The notes below the pieces were generated by a model. It did no database searches and was not told the DNA's origin. It saw only the letters and a program-made list of their open reading frames with translations. The position numbers were made by a program, and so were the translations under genes. A stretch of 64,000 nt of DNA from Macrostomum lignano (Eukaryota), in contig NIVC01000848.1 of assembly GCA_002269645.1 (NCBI GenBank), forward strand, positions 1 through 64,000, written 5' to 3'. Shown piece by piece: positions 37,315-49,549 of this stretch. Every line of letters starts with the position of its first letter. Position 1 is the first letter of the stretch.

Positions 37315-37670
37315 ACAATATCCGCAACAATATCCACAAGGATATCCATAAGGGTACCCACAACAATATCCACAACAATATCCACAACAATATCCACAAC
37401 AATATCCACAACAATATCCACAACAATATCCACAAAAATATCCGCAACAATATCCACAACATCCAAACAATATCCACAACAATATCCACAATAGTATCCA
37501 CAACAATATCCACAACATTCACAACAATATCCACAAGAGTATCCACAACAATATCCACAACATTCACAACAATATCCACAAGAGTATCCACAACAATATC
37601 CACAACATTCACAACAATATCCACAAGAGTATCCACAACAATATCCACAACATTCACAACAATAGCCACA
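37315..37670. repeat. 12 bp minisatellite AACAATATCCAC with ~36 bp higher-order units
   Basis: Directly visible. Confidence 0.9.
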
Positions 37671-38369
37671 ACGACAAGTCCAACTGTTAAAAGTGTCAAA
37701 ACTAACAAAATAACAAATTAATTGGATTTTCTATCAACGATGGCATGCGGAGGTGGGCAGGGAAACTCGAATCTCTTTGTAAACTCAATCCCCAATAAAT
37801 TTAATACAAAGAGAAAGAGATGAAGAGCCCTACAGAACCGATACAATGCACTCAGACTAGCGGCTTCCGATCGGAGCAGTCCCGTCACGACATCCTAGGG
37901 ATTTTCGAGCTGGTCCCAATCTCAAAAAGATAGTTTTTTGTATCGATGTGCATTTCCTCCCCTTTGCTTTGCTCGATTATCCAGATTCGATACGCGGCAG
38001 GGTGTGAAATACCTCGAGGGGGGAAGGCGATTCAACAAACCAGATCATATTGCCCTGATGCCATGCCGGCACACACACAACCAGCTCCCTTTTAACTCTA
38101 AACTTGTTAATCTGCGCCGGCTCTGATGTCTCTTAGCCGCGGTCACGCTATCTTTTGTTGGAGAAGTAGCTGGGTAGGTAGGTAGGTAGGAGAACACAAA
38201 GAGTAGGAGCCCGCCGGTGTGACAGTTGAACAGCGAGTGGGCAGGTTCGAGTGGTGTCTCCGGTTTCTCACGCTCTCTCTCTCTCTCTCTCTCTCTCTTG
38301 AGCAGTCACTGTTTACAAAATCAAATGATGCTGTGCTGTTAGATTTTTGAGAGATGTTCCAACTGCACT

Positions 38370-40345
38370 GGTGCCTAGAACTGAGTTGATATTTGTGCCT
38401 AGAACTGAGTGATATTTGTGCCTAGATCTATGTGATATTTGTGCCTAGATCTATGTGATATTTGTGCCTAGATCTGAGTGATATTTGTGCCTAGAACTGA
38501 GTGATATTTGTGTCTAGATCTGAGTGATATTTGTGCCTAGATCTGAGTGATATTTGTGCCTGAGATCTAAGATCTGAGTGATATTTGTGCCTGAGATCTA
38601 AGATCTGAGTGATATTTGTGCCTAGATCTGAGTGATATTTGTGCCTAGAACTGAGTGATATTTGTGTCTAGAACTGAGTGATATTTGTGCCTAGATCTGA
38701 GTGATATTTGTGCCTAGATCTGAGTGATATTTGTGCCTGAGATCTAAGATCTGAGTGATATTTGTGTCTAGAACTGAGTGATATTTGTGCCTAGATCTGA
38801 GTGATATTTGTGCCTAGATCTGAGTGATATTTGTGCCTGAGATCTAAGATCTGAGTGATATTTGTGCCTGAGATCTAAGATCTGAGTGATATTTGTGCCT
38901 AGATCTGAGTGATATTTGTGCCTAGATCTGAGTGATATTTGTGCCTGAGATCTAAGATCTGAGTGATATTTGTGCCTGAGATCTAAGATCTGAGTGATAT
39001 TTGTGCCTAGATCTGAGTGATATTTGTGCCTAGAACTGAGTGATATTTGTGCCTAGAACTGAGTGATATTTGTGCCTAGAACTGAGTGATATTTGTGCCT
39101 AGATCTGAGTGATATTTGTGCCTAGATCTGAGTGATATTTGTGCCTAGAACTGAGTGATATTTGTGTCTAGATCTGAGTGATATTTGTGCCTAGATCTGA
39201 GTGATATTTGTGTCTAGATCTGAGTGATATTTGTGTCTAGATCTGAGTGATATTTGTGCCTAGATCTGAGTGATATTTGTGCCTAGATCTGAGTGATATT
39301 TGTGTCTAGAACTGAGTGATATTTGTGCCTAGAACTGAGTGATATTTGTGTCTAGAACTGAGTGATATTTGTGCCTAGATCTGAGTGATATTTGTGCCTA
39401 GAACTGAGTGATATTTGTGTCTAGATCTGAGTGATATTTGTGCCTAGAACTGAGTGATATTTGTGTCTAGAACTGAGTGATATTTGTGCCTAGAACTGAG
39501 TGATATTTGTGCCTAGATCTGAGTGATATTTGTGCCTAGATCTGAGTGATATTTGTGTCTAGAACTGAGTGATATTTGTGCCTAGAACTGAGTGATATTT
39601 GTGTCTAGAACTGAGTGATATTTGTGCCTAGAACTGAGTGATATTTGTGCCTAGAACTGAGTGATATTTGTGTCTAGATCGATGTGATATTTGTGTCTAG
39701 ATCTATGTGATATTTGGAGTTTAGATATGAGTGATATCTGTGTCTAGATCTATGTGATATTTGGAGTCTAGATCTGAGTGATATTTGTGTCTAGATCTAT
39801 GTGATATTTGGAGTCTAGATCTGAGTGATATTTGTGTCTAGATCTGTGATATTTGGAGTTTAGATCTGAGTGATTTTTGTGTCTAGATCTATGTGATATT
39901 TGGAGTCTAGATCTGAGTGATATTTGTGCCTAGAGCTGAGTGATATTTGTGCTTAGAACTGAGTGACTTTTGTGTCTAGAACTGAGTGATATTTGTGCCT
40001 AGAACTGAGTGATATTTGTGTCTAGAACTGAGTGATATTTGTGCCTAGATCTGAGTGATACTTGTGCCTAGATCTGAGTGATACTTGTGTCTAGAACTGA
40101 GTGATATTTGTGCCTAGATCTGAGTGATATTTGTGTCTAGAACTGAGTGACATTTGTGCCTAGATCTGAGTGATATTTGTGCCTAGATCTGAGCGATACT
40201 TGTGCCTAGATCTGAGTGATATTTGTGTCTAGATCTGAGTGATATTTGTGCCTAGAACTGAGTGATATTTGTGCCTAGATCTGAGCGATATTTGTGCCTA
40301 GATCTGAGTGACATTTGTGCCTAGATCTGAGTGATATTTGTGCGA
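38370..40345. repeat. 23 bp minisatellite CTAGA(T/A)CTGAGTGATATTTGTG(C/T)
   Basis: Period 23 (39241 to 39264), about 80 copies. Confidence 0.95.
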
Positions 40346-41059
40346 TATTTATGTCTAGATGTGAACTCAGGAGGTGATTAGTCATTGATTGAGAGCTATA
40401 AAGTGTTACAAGTTGGTTCATTCAGATGTTAATGCCAAAATGTTGATTGTTGATCATGTTGAGTAAATCAACGATTGAGCACAAGTTGCAGTGGCTAATC
40501 CTGCTTGGAGACTGAACTGCCAACTGGTTTGCTGCACCCACCGGCCATCCCCACTGCAACCCGATACCCATGAGTTAAGTGTGTTCCACAATGGCTGGTA
40601 ATGATGGAGGTTTTTGGCCAAAAGTTTGCGCTAAACACAATACTCCACGATGGAAAAGCTTATTGGGAACAGAAGAATCAAAGAGGAGAGCCTAGGAAGG
40701 CAGACAGACAGGCAATTGAAGGATGCGCATCCAGACCCTTAAGCCTTTTTTTCATCGTAATCGTCATCATCTACTAATCTTTCTTGTCTGCTGTGACTAC
40801 CGTGAACTCAATACCTTCTCTCTGCTCAATCGCTCAATGATGGCGCGTGCGCTTCTAAGAGGATTTTTATCCCGTTCTCCCCCGAGGGGACGGTTGTCTG
40901 CTGCAGTTTCAGATTTTTCCCCCTGCAGCACGTGGCCAGCTTGCTTGAATTGCAGCGAACCATTTTTTGAAGATTTTTTGTTAGAAAACTTTTTGCGATA
41001 TTTTATGAAGATAATATTGAGTCTCTACAGTCGCCAGTCGCAAGATCACAGTCGACACA

Positions 41060-41810
41060 GTCTCTAGATCACTATCTACACATTCTCTAGATCACTGTCT
41101 ACACATTCTCTAGATCACAGTCTCTAGATCAATTACTCTAGATAACAGTCTTTAGATCTCAGTCTCTGGATCTCAGTGTCTAGTCTCTAGATCTCAGTGT
41201 CTAGTCTCTAGATCTCAGTGTCTAGTCTCTAGATCTCAGTGTCTAGTCCCTAGATCTCAGTGTCTAGTCTCTAGATCTCAGTGTCTAGTCTCTAGATCTC
41301 AGTGTCTAGTCTCTAGATCTCAGTGTCTAGTCTCTAGATCCCAGTGTCTAGTCTCTAGATCTCAGTGTCTAGTCTCTAGATCCCAGTGTCTAGTCTCTAG
41401 ATTTCAGTGTCTAGTCTCTAGATCTCAGTGTCTAGTCTCTAGATCTCAGTGTCTAGTCCCTAGATCTCAGTGTCTAGTCTCTAGATCTCAGTGTCTAGTC
41501 TCTAGATCTCAGTGTCTAGTCTCTAGATCTCAGTGTCTAGTCTCTAAAACTGTCTCTAGTCTTGACACTTAATTTCAAGTCTCTGGATTACAATCTTCAC
41601 AGTCTTTAGATCTCAGTCTCTAGATCACAGTCTCTAGATGTCAGTGTCTAGTCTCTAGATCACAGTCGCTAGATCACAGTCTCTAGATGTCATTGTCTAG
41701 TCTCTAGATCAGTCTCTAGATGTCACTGTCTAGTTTCTAGATCACAGTCTTTAGATCACATGTCTAGTCTCTGTATTACAATCTACACAGCCTCTAGATC
41801 TCAGTCTGCA
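41060..41810. repeat. 21 bp minisatellite TCTAGTCTCTAGATCTCAGTG
   Basis: Clean core at 41170-41545 with degenerate flanks. Confidence 0.9.
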
Positions 41811-42934
41811 AAGTCCGTAGATCATCACACCATGATCAAGATTTTACGAGTATTTTTATTTAGCAAATTTACATATTTGAATGTCTAATAAATGAGCAAT
41901 GAGCTGCTTGGAGGAGAAGAGACGCAATGATTTACAATTAATTGATCAAAAAAGTCAAACCGATTTCTAGTTGAATCTTCGCTGGTGGGCTGGACTAACC
42001 AAGTCATATAATTTTTCCCGTCTCACCGTCTCAGCTACTCCCAAGGTGCGGGGCTGGGAAGCTCCTTCCCAGTTCGAAACATTGACTAATTAAGAAGGTG
42101 AGCGGAGTGGAGACGAGGGGACAGTGAGATTAAGGCATTCAGAGATTGGTTTGTCGCGATGCAACTGAGAGCTCGATGATAAGCAGCAGGGACTGCCTTT
42201 TTTCCTCCCGGCCTCCTCCATCATCAGTCATGGGGGTGGGTTATAGGGGGGGGGGATTAATGCCCTGCCCTGTTTGAGGCCTCATTAAGGCAAGATTTGC
42301 CGATTGTAAAAGCCAGGTAAAGACAGGCATTCTCGGCTTTCTACGCTCTTAATTACGTTGATTTAGCGGCCTTGTTAAGTAGGGACCCGGGAGCGGAGCA
42401 TCAGTTCGAGCATCAGATGGCTTTTCAACGTGTGACGGTAATCACTGGATAATTCGCACCTAAGCTAGTCTTCCTCCCAGCCTCTCATACAATCCCCTGA
42501 ATCTTCATCAACCACCTGCGTGACCCGCTCGAAACTCGATTGATTCAGGTTGCTTCGGGGGCGGAAACAGCTCAGAGAACGGAATTGATTCCTCCATCAA
42601 GGAGGGGGACACGCAGGCAGATCAGCTTACGATGTTTCGTTATGTTTTGGCGTTAAATCGATTGCAAAAAAACCAATCGAACTTGCGGGGTGTTGAAACT
42701 GTCGAAGTCTCTTGCGAAAGTTATTGTGCTTTGTCGGCGCCTTCTTTTGACGCTTGGTTTGGCTGGATTTTTCTATGATTGAGATCGGAATGAGACTAGC
42801 AACAGTGGGGAGAGATATTGATGCGACTTAGAATGAGAGAAGATAGAGAGGATTAAAGAGAGGTGAGATAAGAGAGGAGAGGGGGGAGGAAAGGAAAGTA
42901 GAGGAAAGGAGAATAGAGGAAAGAAGGGTAGAAG

Positions 42935-43495
42935 AAAGGAGAGAAGAGGAGAGGAGAGGAGAGGAGAGGAGAGGAGAGGAGAGGAGAGGAGAGGAGAGGA
43001 GAGGAGAGGAGAGGAGAGGAGAGAAGAGAAGAGGAGAGGAGAGAAGAGGAGAGGAGAGTAGAGGAGAGGAGAGAAGAGGAGAGGAGAGGAGAGGAGAGGA
43101 GAGGAGAGGAGAGGAGAGGAGAGGAGAGGAGAGGAGAGGAGAGGAGAGGAGAGGAGAGGAGAGGAGAGGAGAGGAGAGGAGAGGAGAGGAGAGGAGAGGA
43201 GAGGAGAGGAGAGGAGAGGAGAGGAGAGGAGAGGAGAGGAGAGGAGAGGAGAGGAGAGGAGAGGAGAGAAGAGAAGAGAAGAGGAGAGGAGAGAAGAGGA
43301 GAGGAGAGGAGAGGAGAGGAGAGGAGAGGAGAGGAGAGGAGAGGAGAGGAGAGGAGAGGAGAGGAGAGGAGAGGAGAGGAGAGGAGAGGAGAGGAGAGGA
43401 GAGGAGAGGAGAGGAGAGGAGAGGAGAGGAGAGGAGAGGAGAGGAGAGGAGAGGAGAGGAGAGGAGAGGAGAGGAGAGGAGAGGAGAGGAGAGAG
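42935..43495. repeat. (GGAGA)n homopurine microsatellite, about 110 copies
   Basis: Directly visible. Confidence 0.97.
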
Positions 43496-44149
43496 TTAAT
43501 AAATTGCAAAGCAGAAACCAGATGCAGTAAGGCAAGCAAAAAAGGTGCAAAAAGCAATCAGTACCTACAGAGTTGAGCACAGTTGAGTTGATAATTAAAA
43601 ATGATGAAGCACCCAGATAAGACAACAGTGGGGAATGCCTCTGCCGGCTGCCTATCTCTCAAGCGATCGCTGCGCCGCTCCGCAGCCCGTCACCCTCCGG
43701 GCAATCAGATTTCAATTTTTCTGTTCCCTATTTTTAATTTCCCCAATTAATTCACCTCCTTTTATTGGCCGGCTTGAGCTGTCCAAGTGTGGCCAAGCGG
43801 GCGAGACAAAATGGGCTGACAGGAGACAGGAAGTCGCTTCTATATCCGCAAGAGTCCCACTTACCCCCCCTCCCCCTGACCAGGTAGATGATTTAGAACT
43901 CTGCAACACTAATTAAGGAGTTAGAATCTGCGACTGACTAAAGAGAGCCAATTTCCGAAGCCCGAGTAACATGATAGAACCGCTTTGTCAGTGATGAAAA
44001 AGTCTAGAAAGCATTGATCAAAGAATTTGGGATGCTGGCATAAACGCGCACTTTTATAGCACAGAGTTTGGCATAGGGTGCAGCGGAACTCAAAACTCAT
44101 TAAGCTGGACCAAAAGATTGACAAATCATGAAACAACATTTGGCACTAA

Positions 44150-44510
44150 TGGCGCTTATACCAGTGCGCGACTGTGCGCTTTTACCAGTGTGCGCTTATA
44201 CCAGTGTGCGCTTATACCAGTGTGCGCTTATACCAGTGTGCGCTTATACCAGTGTGCGCTTATACCAGTGTGCGCTTATACCAGTGTGCGCTTATACCAG
44301 TGTGCGCTTATACCAGTGTGCGCTTATACCAGTGTGCGCTTATACCAGTGTGCGCTTAAACCAGTGTGCGCTTATACCAGTGCGCGCTTATACCAGTGTG
44401 CGCTTATATCAGTGCGCGCTTATACCAGTGTGCGCTTATACCAGTGCGCCCAGTGTGCGACTGTGCGCTTATACTAGTGCGCGCTTATACCAGTGCGCGC
44501 TTATACCATT
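44150..44510. repeat. 16 bp minisatellite CTTATACCAGTGTGCG
   Basis: Period 16 (44227 to 44243). Confidence 0.93.
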
Positions 44511-45182
44511 CTATATCTATCTGATAATCAATTAAATAATTTGTTATTTCAAAGGCTGAAAACGTAGTTATGGAACACAATATATAGTCGACAAGTTTAT
44601 ATTTATGTTTGAGATCATATTTATATATATATTAATATCATGGATACGCGCTTTCTCCGCTGTTAAACCAAAGCATGAAGTTGACTAAAGAATGACGCAA
44701 CAATATTAAGAGCTTAGAGAGGCATTTAGGAATGAAATTTTGTTTTAAACAATTTACATGTGTGTCAATTTGTCTGAACCGACCGAACGGCTTTTCCGAA
44801 TGATATAATAAAAAAGTAAATACAAGAAGAGAAGCAAATACTAAAACATCGCATTTTTAATTCTCTCGCTGGTTCACAACAGTGACACAGGGGCGTTAGG
44901 CTATGCAGAGAGAAGCCATGAAAAGAACAAAACATAGTTTAAGTTAATTCAAGAAACTACAGAGTTAACGAATAATATTAAGCAAAAATGTTTATTAAAA
45001 AAGTTTTTAAAGTTTAAGCCAGACAGCGCTGAGAGTGGTTGGATCAATGTATGCGTGCTATGACTGTGTCAGTAATACATTTATATAGGTGTGTATCAAC
45101 TTTTGTGTGCATATACTATATGCATGTACCAATATGCATTCAATATTATTCTTCTGATCAGCATGAACTGGTGTGTATGCTA

Positions 45183-45530
45183 CTGGGGTAGGGGTTCAGA
45201 GTGTTGGGGTGGGTGCTATCGGGGCAGGGGTAGGGGGGTTCAGAGTGTTGGGGTGGGTGCTATCGGGGCAGGGGTAGGGTTTCGGAGTGTTGGGGTGCGT
45301 GCTATCGGGGGCAGGGGTAGGGGGGTTCAGAGTGTTGGGGTGGGTGCTATCGGGGCAGGGGTAGGGGTTCAGAGTGTTGGGGTGCGTGCTAGAGGGGGCA
45401 GGGGGTGGGGTTCAGAGTATTGGGGTGGGTGCTATCGGGGGCATGGGGTAGGGGTTCAGGGTTTTGGGGTGCGTGCTATCGGGGCAGGGGTAGGGGTTCA
45501 GAGTATTGGGGTGGGTGCTATCGGGGGCAG
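45183..45530. repeat. ~41-42 bp G-run repeat GGGGTTCAGAGTGTTGGGGTGGGTGCTATCGGGGCAGGGGTA in the predicted HMX 3' UTR
   Basis: About 8 copies between the HMX stop (45602) and a minus-strand AATAAA (44996-44991). Confidence 0.88.
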
Positions 45531-45601
45531 GCATTCAGAGAGCTGTAGCGAGCAAGCGATAAGCTCCAAGTCAAAGGGCGCCCCGGCCAACAGTCACGCA
45601 G

Positions 45602-46572
45602 TCAAACCATGCCGGGAAGTCCGCCAGGCCGCATTGGCGAGCTGAAGCCGGGGGCGCTCAGGTAGAGCGGATTGGGGAACGGGCCCGAGAACGTCGGGCC
45701 GGACGCCGAGGCAAACGTTGTTGCCGCCTTAGTGGCGGAGGCACCGCCGTTGCCTCCGCTGCTGACACCGCCGCTGCCGCCGTTGCCAACGCCGCCGCTG
45801 CCGCTGGCGACACCTTCACCGGAGCCGGCGTTACCAGCGGCGCTGCCAGCGTTGGATTCTGCATCTGAAGCGTTGGGACTCTGCGGTTTCTGGTCGTGGT
45901 ACAGGATGGGCACGCGGACCATGCGGTTGGCCGCCACCAGGTTCGCCGCCGCCAAGTTGGCCGCTTCGATCTCCGCGGCCAGCTGCCGTTTCCACTTGTT
46001 GCGCCGGTTTTGAAACCAAATTTTCACCTGAGTCTCCGTCAGCTGCAGCGCGTGGGCAAGGCCGGCCCGCTCGGAGCTGGACAGGTAGCGCTTCATGTCG
46101 AATGTGGACTCGAGCTGGAACACCTGCGACCGGGAGAACACTGTCCGGGTCTTCTTCTTCCGCTTCAGCGACGCCAGGCCGGAGGCCGTTGAGCCGTCCC
46201 GACAGTCGGCGGCGTCGTCGTCTTTTGAGTCGTCGAGGCCGCCGCTGCCGCCGCCGCCGACGCCATCGTCGTCTTCGTCGTCCATGTCGACGTCATCGTC
46301 CAGCATCGCGGACGCCGCAACGGCATCCTCATCGTCGACATGATCGCCTCCGGGCCTAATGGGGTCGCTCACGTCCGACGCATCGGTCGCCGGCTCCCCC
46401 GCCGTCGCTCCGACACCGTCCAAGGCGTCGTTTGCGTCCGTGGCAGCGGCGGCGGCGACGGCGCTGGTCGAACGACGCGACTTTGCCGACGACCCGTGGT
46501 GGCCAGCTGGGGGCCGGTAGCCAGTGGTGAGCGGGTTCTGCTGCTGCTGCTGCTGCTGTTGTTGCGGCTGAC
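45602..46572 (-). CDS. HMX: HMX/NK5 (H6 family) homeobox protein, exon 2 (homeodomain)
   Basis: [61 protein letters not shown], followed by LAAEIEAAN and [10 protein letters not shown] (NK5-specific); tandem acceptor AACCAG/CAG|GT, phase 1. Confidence 0.95.
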
Positions 46573-46629
46573 CTGCTGGTTAAAATTTAAGACAATCTTT
46601 CTCTCTTTCACTATCGCTTTCAGCTTGTA

Positions 46630-47190
46630 AGAGATGGATAGAGATGGATAGGAGATGGATAGAGATGGATAGGAGATGGATAGAGATGGATAAAAGATGG
46701 ATAGAGATGGATAGGAGATGGATAGAGATGGATAGAGATGGATAAAGACAGATGACAGATGGATAGAGACAGATGACAGATGGATAGAGACAGATGAGAG
46801 ATGGATAGAGACAGATGAGAGATGGATAGAGACAGATGACAGATGGATAGAGACAGATGACAGATGGATAGAGACAGATGAGAGATGGATAGAGACAGAT
46901 GAGAGAAGGATAGAGACAGATGACAGATGGATAGAGACAGATGACAGATGGATAGAGACAGATGAGAGATGGATAGAGACAGATGAGAGAAGGATAGAGA
47001 CAGATGACAGATGAATAGAGACAGATGACAGATGGATAGAGACAGATGAGAGATGGATAGAGACAGATGAGAGAAGGATAGAGACAGATGACAGATGGAT
47101 AGAGACAGATGACAGATGGATAGAGACAGATGACAGATGGATAGAGACAGATGACAGATGGATAGAGACAGATGAGAGAAGGATAGAGAT
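46630..47190. repeat. 21 bp intronic minisatellite AGAGATGGATAGAGACAGATG
   Basis: Directly visible in the HMX intron next to the acceptor. Confidence 0.92.
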
Positions 47191-48335
47191 GCACAGAACT
47201 GGAAAAGGATGACAAGAAGTGATTGGAAGTAAATTTAAGCAAGAGCGCCAGAGTCTGCACAATTTACACATCGCAGCTAGTTTAACAAAACTAATAAAAA
47301 TGGACATACATTAAGGAACCAAATTTTTGATGGTTTTGTATTCCAAATTTACAATTGCAACCTGACAAGATCTTCGTGCTTAATTTTACAAGACTGGGAC
47401 TACCAAGCCCCTCTGCCTGTCATTCAAGATTTTTAATTGACGGTGGCGGGCCTGGGCGGAGCTTGCTTCGAACTGTGATTAGCCACTTTTTTGACAGCCC
47501 CCCCCCAGGTGAGAATCGAGAGGTGAGACTTAAGACAGACAGACTTCGGAAGCGAAACAAAATTTATGTCGGCTCAAATTAACAACTTTGACTCTTAGAG
47601 AGAATTAAGCTTCCGGTGAATGGCTGCTCAAGCCCTGCTCCAAAACACGAACTGAGAGTCTGAGACAGATTCTAATCTCTTAGATCACTCGCTCTTTGTG
47701 TGTAGAGAGTCTTTGTGCTCAATGTACAGAAGTTTGAGTTTATGAAAACTCAATTATTGAGACAGGAGGGCAATTCGAATCACGCAAACTTCGAGCCAGT
47801 TGGGGGTGTGTTTTTTCATATAACCACTGCTCATTTTGGTAATCGTGCTCAATTCCAGGCATCTTTCAATTAGTTGAAAAAAAATACAGGAAAAGAGAAG
47901 ACACGAATTGAAAAAAATTTGAAAACACACCAACCCTGCAATTCCCTTTTCCCTGCAATATTCGGTTATAGCAGTGTTTCATTGCTGTTTATGGTTGCCT
48001 CTATTAACAGTTTATGCCTACTTGACAGTTTCCTAAAACTATAATTTATCCCTCGAGGCGATTTCAAGCATAATTGAATCATTCTATTATTACCCAGCGC
48101 CGGTCTACCCCGCCCCCAGGGCGGTGCAGTTGATGAAGTCAACTGCAGCCACTTCGCAGCTCAGCCGAACAACTCCACTGACAGTTGTGCAGCAATGTGC
48201 TAATCGTCCCGCCCTCGAGGCAATCCTATAGCTAGCTCATTTCTTTCTTTCGCAAAGTCAAAAAAGCAAAAATAATTAGGGAATTTGCGTAACCGATTTC
48301 TTAGGGAAGGTGCAGGAATCGAGAATTTCACTAAC

Positions 48336-48447
48336 CGATTTTGCCGAGGCCGCTGCCGCTAACTGAGATCATCCCGCCGCCGCTGGAAGCTTCAGCAAAA
48401 CAGTGGCGCAGGAAGGCAGCGGCTGCGGTGCTGTGCGGTGGTAGCTG

Positions 48448-48478
<31 letters not shown>

Positions 48479-49056
48479 ATAGGCGGCGCAGGCAGCGATA
48501 GCTGGTGACCCTGCTGGACTGCCAGATGCTGCGGCTGCGGACCCGGGAACCAGCAGGGCTGACAGAGAGCGGCGGCAGCGGCTGCTTTGGCCTGCATCTC
48601 CAAGTAGGCCTGGTGCAGCAGCGGATGTCCAGGCGGGAAGGCCAGCACAGGGAAGCTCTGGCTGCCGGCGGCCGCGGCGGCTGCAGCGGCGGCCAGACTG
48701 GCGGCCAGATGCGACCGGGGATCGCTCAGGTCCAGTGGCATGGAGACCGGCGAGGGAAGCCGCGGCTGCTGCTGCTGCTGCGGCAGGGACTGCGGTGCGT
48801 CTTCTTGCGGCGGCGGCGGCGGCGAGTCGCCGTCCTCAACAGTCGACGAGTCTCTCGGCCGCTTGTTGGCCGGCATTCGGAGGATGCTGCTGATGCTGAA
48901 GCCGCTGCGACTGTTGCTATGCTGTGGGGCGGCCCGTTTGCCGCCAAGTGAGGCTGAGCTCGGCTTCTGCTGCGGTGACTGATGGTCGGGCAGCAGTCCA
49001 GCTGCATCCTGTTCCGCATCAGTCGCATCCGCCTGTTGCTGCTGAGTAGCTGCCAT
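48336..49056 (-). CDS. HMX: HMX/NK5 homeobox protein, exon 1 (eh1 motif, poly-Q and poly-A tracts)
   Basis: ATG at 49056; FSISSIL eh1 (Groucho-binding) motif; donor ATCG|GTTAGT, phase 1, matches exon 2; 721+971 nt = 563 aa + stop. Confidence 0.85.
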
Positions 49057-49549
49057 TGAATTTGAACTTCTGTGCAAGCGAGTTGGCTGGCTGCCTTGCT
49101 GGTCCTGGCGAAACTCTCTCTCTCTCTAAGTCTTTCTTTTCTCTTTGCAACTTTTAAGCGACAATTTTTATTCTCCTTTCGTGGAGCCAAACCCCCCCAC
49201 CCCGCCCTCCTGCCTACTCACCTTGACGCAACAGTGGACTCCCCACCCCATGCTCAGGCTTCCCACCCCAGCCCCTGAGCGAGGCCGGCTGCCATTGGTC
49301 CAGAGAAGGGTGGCTGACGGCAATCTTACCCGGGTGGCGCTTCTCAGGATGCGCCGCTTCGGAGCGAATGAGCTGTGAGCTCCGAATTTCCCTGGTGGAG
49401 CTAAATTAAGCCGGTTTGATAAGCGGACAGACTTGGATTTGAAACGCTAATAGACATGCTTTGGAGAAAAGCAATCGGTCTCAGATTGCAGAATGCATCT
49501 GGGTTAGGCTTTTACGTACCAACAAAGCACTTCTTATTGATTTCCTCTC

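Noticed and set aside
40723-41067. 114-aa ORF in the island between the two CTAGA arrays
   Set aside because: No recognisable domain or splice context, and it runs into the repeat.
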